A DNA stretch of 56,389 nucleotides, counting the filler, from Thelocarpon superellum (lineage: Eukaryota): NCBI GenBank assembly GCA_026025795.1. It is 2 parts of 2 records of this genome, joined end to end, with 100 filler letters (N's around TTAATTAATTAA, not from the genome) between each part and the next. Parts side by side here need not be neighbours in the genome. Positions count along the whole stretch, not along the records: positions 1 to 28,323 come from JAPEUG010000237.1; positions 28,424 to 56,389 come from JAPEUG010000238.1. One strand, 5' to 3'. The translations under genes and the position numbers were made by a program. The notes beneath the pieces were generated by a model that made no database searches, was not told the DNA's origin, and saw nothing but the letters and a program-made list of their open reading frames with translations. Below are positions 23,634-36,646 of the stretch, in pieces. Every line of letters begins with the position of its first letter. Within the stretch, counting starts at the first letter, position 1.

Positions 23634-26600
23634 ATGGCGAGCTCGGTGCCAACCCACCCCAGTGCGAACACCGTCGCCGCCTTGTTACCCAAGCTCTCCG
23701 ATGCAGACTCTGACTATCGCTTCATGTCCCTGAACGATCTGTACACAGCCCTGTCCAATGGCCATCCTGGCTTTCTCCTGCAGGACTTCAACACCGCAGC
23801 ACGAGTCGTCGAGGGCATCCTCAAGACCTTGGACGACCAGAACGGCGAGGTGCAGAACCTGGCGATCAAGTGGTGAGAGTCGAAGCTCCTTGACACAGGG
23901 AGCGTGGCGCTGATATGGTGTGATCGTATAGTCTGGCGCCGCTCGTGTTGAAAGTCCCTCCCACAATCCTGTCGCCCCTGGTGGACAAGCTCTCCAATCT
24001 CACGACAGAGCATTCGGTTGACCGTTCGGTTCCGGCAACCGCCCTGCGTACCGTCGTCACCACCTTCCCACGTCCCGTGCCGGGCTTGCCACCATCCAAA
24101 GCGGTGGAGGATGCATACGTGGCCATCAGCCGGGTTCTGATCCCGCGCTTGGTCGGGCATGTCGTCCTCTCGCCGAGCAAGAAAGCCCTCCCCGAGCCCC
24201 CGCGAGGCATCCTCCAGATCCGGGCCGATCATCCGGTTGATGGGGACGCGGTTGATGTGCTGATTGAGGTCGTACGATGCTTCGGGCCGATGCTGCAGGA
24301 TGCCGAAATCCGTGCGCTTCAGAAGGCCGTCATGGACATCGTCGAGGCGGACCGGGCCGGATCCGTGGTCAAGAAACGTGCCGTTGTCGCCATCTCTGTT
24401 CTGGCCCTCTATTTCTCCGACGAGCTCCTGAGCGCCTTTGTATCGCAGCTGATTGAGAGCTTCCGCAACCCCCATCTTACCTCCGCGAAGCGTCGACTAT
24501 TCATCACCATCATCGGCTCGATGGCCCGGTCTATCCCTCAACGTTTCGGCCCTTACCTGAAGACGATGGCACCTTTCATTCTAAGTGCCATCAGCCAAGA
24601 GGAACTCGCCGAGCAGGAGCATATGGTGGCGGATGATGGTGACCGCGATCCGCAGCTGGATGAGCTTCGCGAGTCGGCCCTTGTCGCGCTGGAGAGCTGT
24701 CTGGCCTCGTGCAGTACCGACATGCGCCCCTACACGACGGATGCCATCAATGCCGCCCTCTTGTTCCTACGATATGACCCGAATTTCACCGACGAGGGCG
24801 ACGATGAGGATATGGGCGGGACCAAGTCTGGAGACGAGGGTCAGCTGGACGACGAGGATTTCGAGCAAGAGGAGGATTTTGAGGAAGAAGGTGGCTTCAG
24901 CGATGACGACGACCTGAGCTGGAAGGTCCGACGATGCGCTGCTAAGGTGCTCTACACCCTGATCTCCACTCGCGCCAGCGGCGACCTCTTGGAAGATGGC
25001 ACGCTGTACGACAAGGTTGCACCCGTCCTGGTCGACCGATTCAAAGAGCGTGAAGAGAACGTCCGGTTGGAGAATCTGATTACGATGAGCGCGCTGGTAC
25101 GGAAGACAGGCGAGGGCGTGTCCATCGCTTCTCTCGGCACATTGGACGACGCTCTTCCGTCTCCCATCGATGCCCCCCAGAGCCGCAAGCGGCGACGTGG
25201 CGGAAGTGAGGCTGGCATGTTCGATCCGCCATCTGCCTACACTCTGACGTCCCCCGTCGCTGCCCCCTTGCCGTCATCCGGCCCTCTGGCGAGTCTGGCG
25301 AGGCTGAGTCCTGCCATCGTACGATCCATGACCAAGCTTCTGCAGGGCAATTCCCTGCCGACCAAACAAGCCTCCATCTCACTCTTGGGCGACATCGTGA
25401 CGGTCCAGCGTGGAGGCTTATCCGAATATCTCAATCAGCTTATCGGGCCCATCGTGGACGCCATCAAATCGACCGGCACGCTATCCCACACCTCCACCGC
25501 TGCCAGTTCCGCCAGCGGGGCCGCGACGGCAACCACGAATAGCCTACGGGTCGAGGCACTACGGTTGACCGCCGCCATTGCTGAGACGCATGCGACCAGC
25601 GTCCTGCTGCCACATCTAACCCAAGTCGTGCCGGCCGTGGTGAGTGCGGCACGCGACCGATTCTACAAGATCTCGAGCGAGGCCTTGGCCGTGGTCGAAC
25701 ACTTGGTCAAGGTCCTGACCCCGCCCCGATTAAACGTCATGATGGGGCCGCAGGAGGGCTACCTGAGTCAACTGTACAGCGTCGTGATCGATCGTGTGTC
25801 GGCCAATGACGCTGATCTTGAGGTGCGTCAGCGGGCGATTCACGCGCTGGGCGTGCTTCTGGCGCGGACCTCGGGACCGGAAGGAGCGAAACTCCTCGCG
25901 CCGGCCAAGCGATCGCAGGCGCTCGACGTGCTCTTGGATCGCCTCCGGAATGAAATCACGCGTCTCGTCGCGGTACGGGCTGTCGACGTGGTCGCGTCCT
26001 TCGCGGCGCACAAGAACGACTTTAGCGCCGCGTGGGTCCGATCGGTGGCGGTGGAGCTTGGCGCGCAACTACGCAAAGCGGACCGGGCGCTGCGTGGATC
26101 CAGCCTCAGCGCGCTGAAGCATCTCGTCCTCAGCCCGGCCGGACGAGTGAATGTCGACGATAAGACGATCAAGGAGCTGGTGGATTACCTCTTGCCCCTG
26201 GTGACGGCGGATGACTTGCACCTCCTCGGGCCGACGTTGATCATTCTCGCGCGCCTCGTGGCCGGACACGCGAAGAAGGTGGTTACGGCCGAGCTGACGA
26301 CGTCGCTCTGCGCCCTGGTCCTGGCCCCGTTGACGGGCCTCGTGCTCAATGCGCTTTTGCTCCTCGTTCAAACGATCGGCGAAGAAGGGGTGGGGCGGCC
26401 GCTGATGCAAGGCCTGCTAAAGGACGTCGGGGTCAACGGCGATGCCGCAGTGGTGGGCAAGGTCATTGGGACGCTGGTGGTGTACGGCGGCTCGACCGTC
26501 GGGGTGCAGATTGAGGATTTTGAGCGCGAGCTCGAGACGGCGCAAGATGACCAGCGCAAGTGCTTAGCATTGTCGGTCCTGGGCGAGGTGGGCCTCCGAC

Positions 26601-27877
26601 GCGGGGCATCCTCGCCGCTCACGCCCGATGTCTTCCTCCACCACTTCAAATCGAAGTCGGATCAGGTGCCCCTGGCGGCCGCCGTGGCGCTCGGGCGGGC
26701 CGGGTCCGGCAAGGTGACGGTCTTCCTCCCGGTCATCTTAGCGCAGATGGACTCGTCCGGCGATGCGCAATACCTGCTGCTCCACTCCGTCAAGGAGGTC
26801 CTCCAGCACGCCCGTCTGGCGGAGCGGGAGGTGGCGGCGCAGTCGCACCAGATCTGGGCCAAGCTCTTTGTGGCGGCGCAAGCGGAGGACAACAAGGCCA
26901 TCGGGGCCGAGTGCATCGGTCGGTTGGCCATGGTCGATCCGAAGACGTTCCTCCCCATGCTTCAGGTACGTCGACGCGGCCAGCGGAGGCGAACGATGGT
27001 GGATGCTGACGAGAGACGACAGACCCACCTCAAGGATCGCATGGCGCTGGTGCGTGGGATCGTGATTCAGGCGATCCGGTACACGCTGACGGACGTCGAT
27101 GCGTCGTACGATGATCTCTTGAAGCCTGTGCTCGTACCCATGCTTACCGTGATGTTGGGCGACTCGGACCTGGAAAATCGTCGGCTGGCACTCACGACGC
27201 TGAACTCGGCCGCACACCACAAAGCGGATCTCGTCTTGCCGTCTCTCAGCCAGTTGCTCCCGCTGGTGATGAAAGAAAGCCATGTCAAGCCAGAGCTGGT
27301 GCGCGAAGTACAGATGGGTCCGTTCCGTCACAAGGTCGACGATGGACTGGAAGTGCGCAAGGTATGTGCTCGACGGACGAGGGGTTGGTGGAGGAGCAGT
27401 GGCGGCAGCATCGCTGATGCAGCATCGCAGAGTGCCTACGAAACGCTCTACGCCTTGATGGAGACGGCCTTCTCGCGCGTGAATGTGGTGGAATTCTACG
27501 ACCGGGTCATCGCCGGGCTTGGCGACGAGCATGACATCCGCGTGCTGTGCAGCTTGATGCTGACAAAGCTCATCACGCTCGACGCCGATGAAACGGGCCG
27601 GCGCTTGGATGGCATCGCCGAGAAGTTTCGTATCATCCTGTCCACGAAGCCCAAGGAGAACGCGGTCAAGCAGGAAGTCGAAAAGGCCGAAGAGGCGTCC
27701 AAGGGGGTGTTGCGAGTCAGCATGCAGATCCACCGTCGCTTCCCCATGGCCGGCGGCGCCGCAGTCTCTGGGCAGAATCAGGTCTGGCGCAGCTACTGGG
27801 AATGGACCCGCAAGGAATTCAGCATGCCGATCAAAGCGATGGAGGAGGAAGGGCATTTCAAGATCGTGACGTCATAG
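23634..27877 (+). CDS. CAND1: Cullin-associated NEDD8-dissociated protein 1 (CAND1/TIP120), full length
   Basis: [84 protein letters not shown]; HEAT-repeat character; 3 introns. Confidence 0.96.
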
Positions 27878-28323
27878 TGGCCGTCTTGCGGAGGGATCTC
27901 CCGTTTGACACTGGCATGGGGCTGGGAGGGGGGGGCGGCGGAGCACCGCGCGGAGCTGACGGGGGCAGGTGGACAGGGGAAACATTTTCGATGCGCACAG
28001 GTACCGAGCGTCCGCTGGAAGGGTGGACGCTGTCGGGTTTCTTTGGTGCGAGATCACAAGTGGTGGGTACCGTCATCTCTGGCATGGACGTCTTTTCCGA
28101 TGGCCATGAGCGGCAGCGTCTCGGAGCGGCGCCTGATGCAGCATGGCCCGTCTCCACATAGCGTACCTATGACCCACCTCCGCCAACGGGATGATGAATG
28201 CATTGACATGTAGTCAACATCGATGGAACGGTCGCCAAATCATCCACGAGCCATCGGCGATCGTAATGGATTCGGCTGAGATGTGCTACGGGCATCAATG
28301 GAAAGACGCTCGCCCCGTGCACC

Positions 28324-28423
28324 NNNNNNNNNNNNNNNNNNNNNNNNNNNNNNNNNNNNNNNNNNNNTTAATTAATTAANNNNNNNNNNNNNNNNNNNNN
28401 NNNNNNNNNNNNNNNNNNNNNNN
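28324..28423. other. Assembly gap/contig join with artificial stop-in-all-frames linker
   Basis: 44 N + TTAATTAATTAA + 44 N = exactly 100 nt; the 12-mer is palindromic and puts TAA in all six frames. Confidence 0.97.
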
Positions 28424-30090
28424 GAGCCACTGACGTGATCTGGCTGGGCCTTACCGAAGATTCCCTGCCCCCTAGCCCGTCGGGTACTACGTCGGCGCGC
28501 ACCATGCTGGGTGGCGGATGCAGGGTCCAAACCAGAGTAACGCACCGCGCCAAGCGGCCAAGCAGGCCTCTTCTCCTCCCAACCGTCACATGCATCGTCA
28601 TACCAGGTAAGTGGAGGATTGAGTGGCCTCGTCATCGTGTGACAGGCTTCTCCCCGTCCCAGCCTACGGGTCCGTCCTCTCGCTTTGTTCGCACAGGAAG
28701 ATGCGGCTACGGGGACGGATAGCGAGTGAGGAGCGGCCACAATGGCCACCCACGAGCAAATTGTCATGACTCTCAAAATGCGCGAGCACGACTCGCTGCG
28801 CATCGACCCTCGCACATGGCCAGTTACGTCTCGTGAGAAAGTGTACCAGGGCATCATTCCTGCGGCATCAACGAGGTCCCATGGAGATGGTGAGATGTTT
28901 GACGAGCGTATTATTGTGTGCTGTCGAATCCGTCGCCCCATGCACAGTGTCCGCAGCCATCTGTCCCCGGGCCGGGTGGCATTAGCCGCATTCGCCTCCC
29001 TCCTCGGCTGTGACGGATGACGAGTGACGGATGGGCGAGTGACGACGATTGATGGGCAGCCAGGCGGCATACTACGCCTAGGTGCCTCGCCTCCAGGAAT
29101 CTGGCCGAGATGACGGAAGGACGGCTACTAGCCCTTCTAGCCCCTATGCTTTCCGCCACTGTCTTCCGTTTCCCCTTCCCTGAGCGTTGCCTTCATCGGT
29201 AGGTGCCCGCACGAGACGAGCCAGTCCCCCTCGACGCGGTAGAAGGCGAGCTCTTTACTCGGCAGTCTACTGCACCCTGCGCCCCCTCTCTTCCTTGAGC
29301 GCTCGATCCCGGTCGAAGCGTGCATCTTGGTGAAAGGTGAGTCGGGATCGCGAATGTTGGTGGACATCGAGAAGGGCGATGGCATCCCCATCGGATCTCA
29401 GCAGACGCGCCTGGCATTTTCGGTGTCGGCTTTGCTTTCCGCCAATGAGCGGTACATGATGCCGGTTTTGAGAGGGCCCGTGAGGGCCCGCGTCCGTAAG
29501 GCCACACGCCGCCTGCGGCGCAAAGCCGTGCCTCTTCATTTGTCGGTAGCGATTTATCTCTATGGTGTCATGACAGGCGCAGTACCATGACGAGGGTCTG
29601 GTACAGGGTCCCTACGGTTCGTGTCGCGTGGTAGGACGTCTTTCGCTCCCTACCACAGCATTGCTTCGACCAGCTCGGGTTCATTCCCATCTCTCTCGCG
29701 TCATTCCCCAAAATTTCCACATCCTTTACACCCCTACCTAAGATCGACATCTCTTCCAGGACACTCCGTACCTTTGGTGACATATTCCCTTCAACGGACG
29801 AACTGCCTCTCAGCGCGGACTCGCCCCTACAACGTCCCGATTTACTGTCACCATCAAAGAACCTTCTGATCTTCGCCTCATCGTCTCTTGTTGATCCGAG
29901 TTCATCATTAATCCTTCTCCACCTTTCCTTTGTCTCCCCACATCATTCTCCATCCCACCACCTCCATCCAACTATCCTCATCACCAACATAGAAGAGAAG
30001 CGTGACGTCCAGCCCAGACATCACGAGGCCCACACAACCATCTCAACCACAAGCTCTTAAAGCGCAGCAAGACCAGGAGGGAACTCGAAA

Positions 30091-30699
30091 ATGACCCACG
30101 CACCCGCCGCAGCAACGTCGTCCTTGGTCATCACCAACGGAGTAAGCGAGCACGACCACGCCTACGACCATGTCCGTGATACTCATCATGACCATGATGC
30201 GCCCGCTTCATTGACGACTTCTTCGTCGCGCGGCTCGGCCTTGACCGTCGATGTGGCCCCAGAGTCTCGAGAACGGGACGAGGAGACCAATGCCGATGCC
30301 GATGCCGCGCCCGAAAGTCCAGTCTTGTCTTACAACCGGTACGAGATGTTTCTTCCCTGTCTCCGCTTACTTTCATCTCTCCTCCCTCTTCCCTCGTTCT
30401 TCTCTTGTCTTCCTTTCTCGTCTCCCATTCCAATATGAATCGATTCGAATGCGTCCTACAGCTTTGTCACTGCACAGTCAAGAATGCCTCATGAAGCAAG
30501 GCAGAAGGAGAGGGAGAAGAAGCAAGGCCGAGAAAGCAGCAAACGGAAAAGAGCCGAAAGAAAGAATTTGACAAAGTGGTCCAGAACAATGCATCAACAC
30601 ACGAAGCGGCAACTAGAGACGGCGGCCGTGGGGGGAATCGATACGCTTGGGATATCTCATTCAGCGTCGTTTACGCCGGAAATTGCGTTTTCAGCTTAG
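30091..30699 (+). CDS. Small uncharacterised protein (~120 aa), 2 exons
   Basis: AAAATG start after a pyrimidine-rich leader. Exon 1 ends SYN-CG|GTACGA; intron 30339-30584 (TTGAC...CAG); exon 2 continues in frame giving LSYNRTMHQHTKRQLE, a motif I recall from small fungal hypothetical proteins. Confidence 0.6.
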
Positions 30700-30980
30700 C
30701 CGCGCCGCCTTGGACGACCGACGTTCTCCAGGTGGTGAGCTCGCACATCAGGAAAGACTCCGGTTGTGCTGCCCTTGTATCAGCCAGGCGGGGGGAGTCA
30801 TCATCATCTTCTCTCTACATTATTCGTACAGCAACGCAACAAACGCAACGCAATCAATGCATCCGTGGAGTTGAGAAGACCCGGCTTGCATACGCTCTCG
30901 TTACTAACCACATTTCGTCCCTGTACTCGTCCTCATATTCGCACGTCTTGCCCATCAATCGCGTCTCGTCTCATCTCGGT

Positions 30981-32369
30981 TCAGTCTCCGCCCCATACTT
31001 GCACCGTTCCTATCGCCATATCACCAGGTGAGTATGGTACACTTGCACGCACCAGGGGAAAGGGTGGAAGGAGAGGGAAAAAGGACTAGAAAACGACAAG
31101 AACAAAAAACCCACCATCAACACCAACACTCAACCACTCCCTCCTCCCATCATTGACGGCGACGGCACTGGCCACCTTCCCGCCATGCGCGCCACTCAAG
31201 CGCTTGACGACCTTCCCCTCCAACATATCCCATACGTAGATCGTCCCGTCCTCGCTCCCACTCACTACGTAGGCGTCGTGGCACGCCATGGCGCTGCGCA
31301 CGCGGTACTCGGTGTTGCTGTGGCCCCGGTACGATTGCAACAGGTGGCCGTTGCCTTTGTCCAAGAGCCGGAGCGTGCTATCCAGCGTCGAGACAAGCAG
31401 CGTCGCGTTGTCTTTGGTTTGGCGGAGGGACGTGACGGGTTCTGTGGGGCCAATTAGTCCGCCCATTGAGAAGGAGAGTGGACGGGGAAGAGAAGCGGGA
31501 GGAGCAGGAGTAGAGAGGTAGGGAGATGCCAGCGTGATTGTGAATGTGAGCGTAGAGATGAATATGCACATACGGCCAACGACATCCACGTAGACCATTC
31601 CCATCCGAAGATCGTAGACTCGCACGCGCCCGTCCACGCTGCCCGTACAGATCTCATGCCCGGCGACGAGGAGACACGCCACGCTGTCCCTGGCATCGTC
31701 GAGGACCATCATGGCCTTGGTGGATCCTTGGGCCTTGAAATCCCACAGACGCACCGTCTTGTCGAAGCCGCCTTCAGACCCCCACGACGTCGTGTCAGCT
31801 TGCCAGTTCTCTACCTTTCCCTTCACATCACCATGCTTTGATCCTTGGAGCGAACGCACCGCTAACGACGACCGAGTCTCCTTCCCCCCCCCACGCAACG
31901 GCATTGATCCGGCCCTCGTGTCCATTGAAGCGTCGCAGGGTGCGCGCATTGGCCACATCCCAGATGAACACGGCCCTGTCGCCGCCCACGCTGGCGAATC
32001 GCGCGTTGTCCCCCGCCACCGCCACATCGAGCACCGAGTGACCGTGGGCGTCGTATGTCTGGACTAGACTCGCCGTCGTGGGGTTGAACAGGCGCACCAG
32101 CCGGTCCGAACAGCCCGTGAGGGCCTAAGTGGCCAGCCATCAGCCCCGTGCGCATCGAGAAGGAAGAGATCAAGGTGGAGAGGGATCACGAGGGAGGAGA
32201 AGGGTGGGTTACATATTGTCCCTGCCCGGCAGAGTAGGTCACGCAATGGACGGGTCCTAATGATGTTAGTCGTGGCTTCACGGGATGTTCATCGGGATGG
32301 ATGGATGCGGCGATCTAGCTCACCGTTGTGGCCCGTCAGCTGGCGTAGCGGACGGGTGGGGAAGCTCAT
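30981..32369 (-). CDS. WD40 protein WDR83/MORG1-like, multi-exon
   Basis: MSFPTRPLRQLTGHNGPVHCVTYS..GQYVLTGCSDRLVRLFNP, FASVGGDRAVFIWDV, GSVDGRVRVYDLRMG, LLQSYRGHSNTEYRVRS, SGSEDG; final exon GTVQVWGGD*. Confidence 0.9.
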
Positions 32370-33027
32370 CACATGTTCGAGCAAGAAAGCACTGCCCTCT
32401 GTTACGTGAGGTCGAGGGTGAGGTCGGACGGAGGTTGGTGGCGATACTTTGAGACTCGGGCGAGTGTGGCATAGCACGCATCCATTCTATGGACCCACCT
32501 TTCAGACGCCCACATCAGCCGGCCATCGTCCTCCATCGTCGTCCCAACCTTCTCGCCGCGCCGAGGCAGTTCAACATTCTGGGAAAAGACGATATAGAGG
32601 CACTGCTCGGCTCGGCCAATTACGGGCGCTTATGTCGCCGGCCTCACATATCATCACCCTTTCCAACGGCGCCTATCACGTCACCAGGCTACGAGAAGTA
32701 TGGTACGTGGTTCCCAGAAGATTGCGTCGCAATTCCGGCTACGAGATGGCCTTAGACACTTTCACCACGGGATGTGGACGGGGGAGAGATGGAAGGAATC
32801 GATAGCGGTAACGGCAACGAGGTCGAATTAAACGAAACAGGAGATGCACGGCCACCAAGGGTGGCGGAACGGAGAAATGTGTAGGAAGGAAACCGGTCTG
32901 CTCCGCCCCACTCCTCGCCTCGCCTTGGAGCAGACCGCCACGTTGACTCTTTGCACTCCCACCCAACACCCCACGGCCTGGTAGTCTCGGGCCAGGCGAG
33001 AACCCGCGGTGACGGTACATGTAATCC

Positions 33028-34549
33028 CTAGCGACCGCGTCCGTGACTGCGGACCGTGCTTCCCTGCATCGCCTCCAACTCGCCCTCGAGCTGCTTGATG
33101 CTGTTGGAGCAATCAGCAGGGATAAGTGGGAAGTGGTGCGACAGGAGACGTACGCAGCGTGGGTGCTCTCCAGATCCTTGTTGAGACGGTCTCGCTCCGA
33201 GATGAGCTTCTGCTCCCATTGGCGGAAGCGGTGCTCCTCGATCTTGACCTGCTCTGTGAACCGCTTGCGCAGATTTTCTTCTTCCTCCTTGAACTTGGGG
33301 TTGTCAAGCTTCCGCGGTCGGGCCTCGCCGAACTTGCGCGTCTCCATCTGCTGCGCGCGGTAGGCCTCATAGTGCGCTTCTTCCGTCGTGTGGATGAGAT
33401 CGAGCATGTGTGTGCGGATGAGGATCGATCGCAGCTTCTTGAAGTCGCAGTGATCCTCGTTCTCCACCTCCGCCACCCCCCACGAGTATTGACGTCCCTT
33501 GACGATGCGTCCGTCGCCCGTCTTGACGTCCTTCTCCGACCCGATGACGGCAAAGGGCACGGCCGCCATCAGGCTGCGCGCGTGCTGCGCCGCGGCTTCA
33601 TCGTCCTCCTCGAGCGGCGGCTGGTAGATGCGGATGCCCTGAGCCTCCACGACGGCGCGGATCTGGGGCACGTGTTAGCCATAGCGACCGCACAGACGCT
33701 GGGTGGTGTCATACTCGCTGCTTGAAGCGAGCCAGATCCAGCGGGCTGAGCGTGTCCGCCTTGGCCACGACGGGAATAAGATTGACGCGCGAGCTCAGGC
33801 GCTTCATAACCTCGATGTCGAGGGGCTTCAACGTGTGGCCGGTGGGTCGGATGAAGTACAGGCAGGCATGCACGCGGAGGTCGATCTTGTCCCCACGACG
33901 TGGCTGCTGCTCCTGCAACATGTATGACTCATGCTGATCGTCGAGAAATTCGATGATGGGCATCCACGAGTCGCGATTGTTGACGTAGTCACCGAAGCCG
34001 GGGGTGTCGATCACCGTGAGCCGGACTACTGCTGTCAGCCAGGATGTCCTTACGGCCGGGAGGAACAGGGCGGGGCGCACCCTTGAAGAACTTCTCCTCC
34101 AGCTCGGCCTTGGTGATCTCAATCTCGACCGTCTTGTCGACCTGCTTAGCGTGGCGGCGTCGGTGGTCGGCGTAGTTCTTGATCGTGGTCGAGAAGAGAG
34201 TGTTGATGAAAGTCGTCTTTCCGAGGCCCGATTCTCCAGCCACCTGCGTGGGTCAATGCGAGTCCTGCGCCTACATGGCGCGCTGATGTCGTACCATGAT
34301 AGTAAAGGCGGCGCCTCTCTTGGCGACGATCTTGTGTCTAAAAACGATCGTCAATCAGTCATCCATCCATCCAATCTCGTCATGTCCCTCCACACGCTAC
34401 CAACCTCTGATTCGGGAGCTAGAGAGGGTCAGCGGATGTGCGGTGATGGATGGTCCCGGATCATGGGGATGCAATGTGGATGCACTCACATTCGCAATCC
34501 CAATGGGGGACGCCGTCTCCGACGTGGAGGCTACACCGGGTCGTGCCAT
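33028..34549 (-). CDS. CDC12: Septin, Cdc12/AspC orthologue, multi-exon
   Basis: [36 protein letters not shown] (G1), DTPGFGD (G3), AKAD (G4), GRQYSWG septin element, C-terminal coiled coil ending HGRGR*. Confidence 0.96.
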
Positions 34550-35060
34550 GGTCAAGGGAAGCGATCGGTTGTGGGAGGGCTGGGAGGATGAGAAGACGAT
34601 GCGATGACCAGAGAGTGAGGTGAGGTGCTTCAATGGGGTGGGAGGAGCATGCACAGACGCCAAAGGATGATCTGCCTGGGCTACGGGACGAGGAAAGTCA
34701 GGGCCCAAAAAGCGAGAAAGGAGACGAGCTTCTCTTTTGCTGTCCTACGCTGCGCTTGGCGCGCCCGGGTGGACTGCAGCCTCGCCTACGGCCACCGCTT
34801 CTCCCAGCATCGGCGCTCCGCCAATGGTTACGAGTGATTCCGGGCAGGACTTGGCACAGTAGCCCTTCTTGATAGACGAGAAGCGATTCCCGCTTGAGTC
34901 TAGCGTTTCTCGGATCAAGGTATCTCCGTTCTTCGACGAGTCTAAGGGGCCGAAGGCAATGATCGAGTTATGTCAGCCTAGATTTCTCCGGGCGCACGCC
35001 GGATTACTTGATAACAGTGGAGGGTGAAGTAGGCCACCGGTCTGTAACTTATGGCTTCTG

Positions 35061-35880
35061 CTACCGCGACAGAAATTGATAGAGGAACAAGTCGTCAAAG
35101 TAGCTCTCAGGGAAGATCTCGCGTGCGTACTGATACCAGTTCTTGGATTTCGCTGATCGCACAAAGAATTTGATAAATTCCCAATGTTCCGGATACCATC
35201 CTGCATGTTGCCAGTCCACCAGCGACACCACCCGGTTATCCTTGACGATAATGTTCTGTCGGGCGAAGTCGCCATGGGAGAAGACGATGCGGTGATCTGA
35301 ATGAAATCGTTTTCGAAACTCCTGCACTAGAATTGGGGGTGTGGCGTTGAAAGTCCCCTCCGTGAGCCAGGCATTGAACGCCTCCTCGTCAGGAAAGAGT
35401 CCTCCGCGGTAGGTGTCATAAACACGGAGACCCAAGGCTGGCCCACCACCACAAGAGCCAATTTCTGCAGTGGCAGGTTCAAGCGAGCGCATCGCAACCA
35501 TGATAGCTCTCAGCTGCTTTGCAATCTCCAGCTTCTGCTCTGCAGACTTGTCTGCCCATTTGGCCCACAACGTCTCTCCATCGACAAAGTTCATCATTAT
35601 TGTGAGGGTGGCATTAGGACTTGTGAAATAATCGTGTATCCGAGGCGCTGGGATCCGTAGACGATCCTGAATCATCTGCAGCGCCGCCACCTCGCCAGCT
35701 TCCACACGAGGTCCGGACTTGATGAAAAGATCGCCTTGTCTCTCATAGGTGCACCCGCGTGGAATTATTGGGATCCGTTAGCGGCTCCAATGATTTTTGG
35801 CATGTGCGCATGATGGGATCGAGGTTCGCTACATTATAGAGCCACGTTTGTCTTGATTTGTCTCTGTCACATCGTTCCAT
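35061..35880 (-). CDS. APH/choline-kinase-like phosphotransferase; 5' end uncertain, possibly frameshifted
   Basis: FIKSGPRV..GE..AL..I, IPAPRI, IMMNFVDG, FSHGDFARQNIIV (Brenner motif), VDWQHAGWYPEHWE; the frame is closed upstream by TAA near 35779 with no ATG before the kinase N-lobe. Confidence 0.75.
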
Positions 35881-36646
35881 GAGCCGAGACAAATAGAATC
35901 TGGTGAACATATAGTGGCCAAAGCATTGCGGGATGTTGTGAGCACACAGCATCGAGCATCGGCGGGGTTCCTGTCAAATACAATTGCGAGACAGGAACAT
36001 AGTACGACTGTCTAGTTTACTCCAAATTTGTTAGCTGTCCATATACACTAGTACTACTATAGTCAGTGAGTACTCGTGACGAGTGGCGAGTAAGTAGCGA
36101 GTAGGAGACTTTAGTCATCAAACCCCCTCCCTATATGCTGTCGCAATGTTCGACACGAGTCAACATTTTACGACGATTCCTGGAAGGACTCATGGCGAGT
36201 GTTGATACAGCTAAAGAGAAGAGAAGGGGAGGCAATAGACAGACAAATAGTAAGGCTGATTTCCCTTGGAGTTCCCTTGGAGTGCCCTTGGAAAAAGGCT
36301 CAGCACATAGATGTTCAGAGTGGCACCACATGCAGGTGGTGGGTGGGGACTAGTATTAGGTAATGTGGTAGCATAGGTGGATGGCCTTCCACAGACTCGA
36401 ATTCTACTTCCAAGCTGGAGCGCCCCGAAAGCGCGAAAGGAATTGGAAGTCTCGGGAGTTCTTCAGCCAAGACGATTTTCTCGCAGACAGTGTTACCAAG
36501 AAGCGAGAAACCATACGGAGTTTGGTGTATTCGTACGGTGTGGGCCACACTAAGATTCGGATGACGGTACGCACGAGAGCTTGAGGGCACTTTCGTAGGG
36601 CATCTGTCTGAACCCATGTCACGCCAATGATGGCCCCTCCAACATC

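Noticed and set aside
28368..28379. Perfect palindrome TTAATTAATTAA (could suggest a TTAA transposon target site)
   Set aside because: Embedded symmetrically in Ns; an assembly linker, not biology
8478..34549. Apparent septal-pore cluster (WSC plus septin) and peroxisome cluster including NPY1
   Set aside because: Genes are far apart, interspersed with unrelated housekeeping genes and separated by the artificial join
36131..36622. Short ORFs on both strands just upstream of PWP2
   Set aside because: No motifs; they overlap the expected PWP2 promoter and 5' UTR
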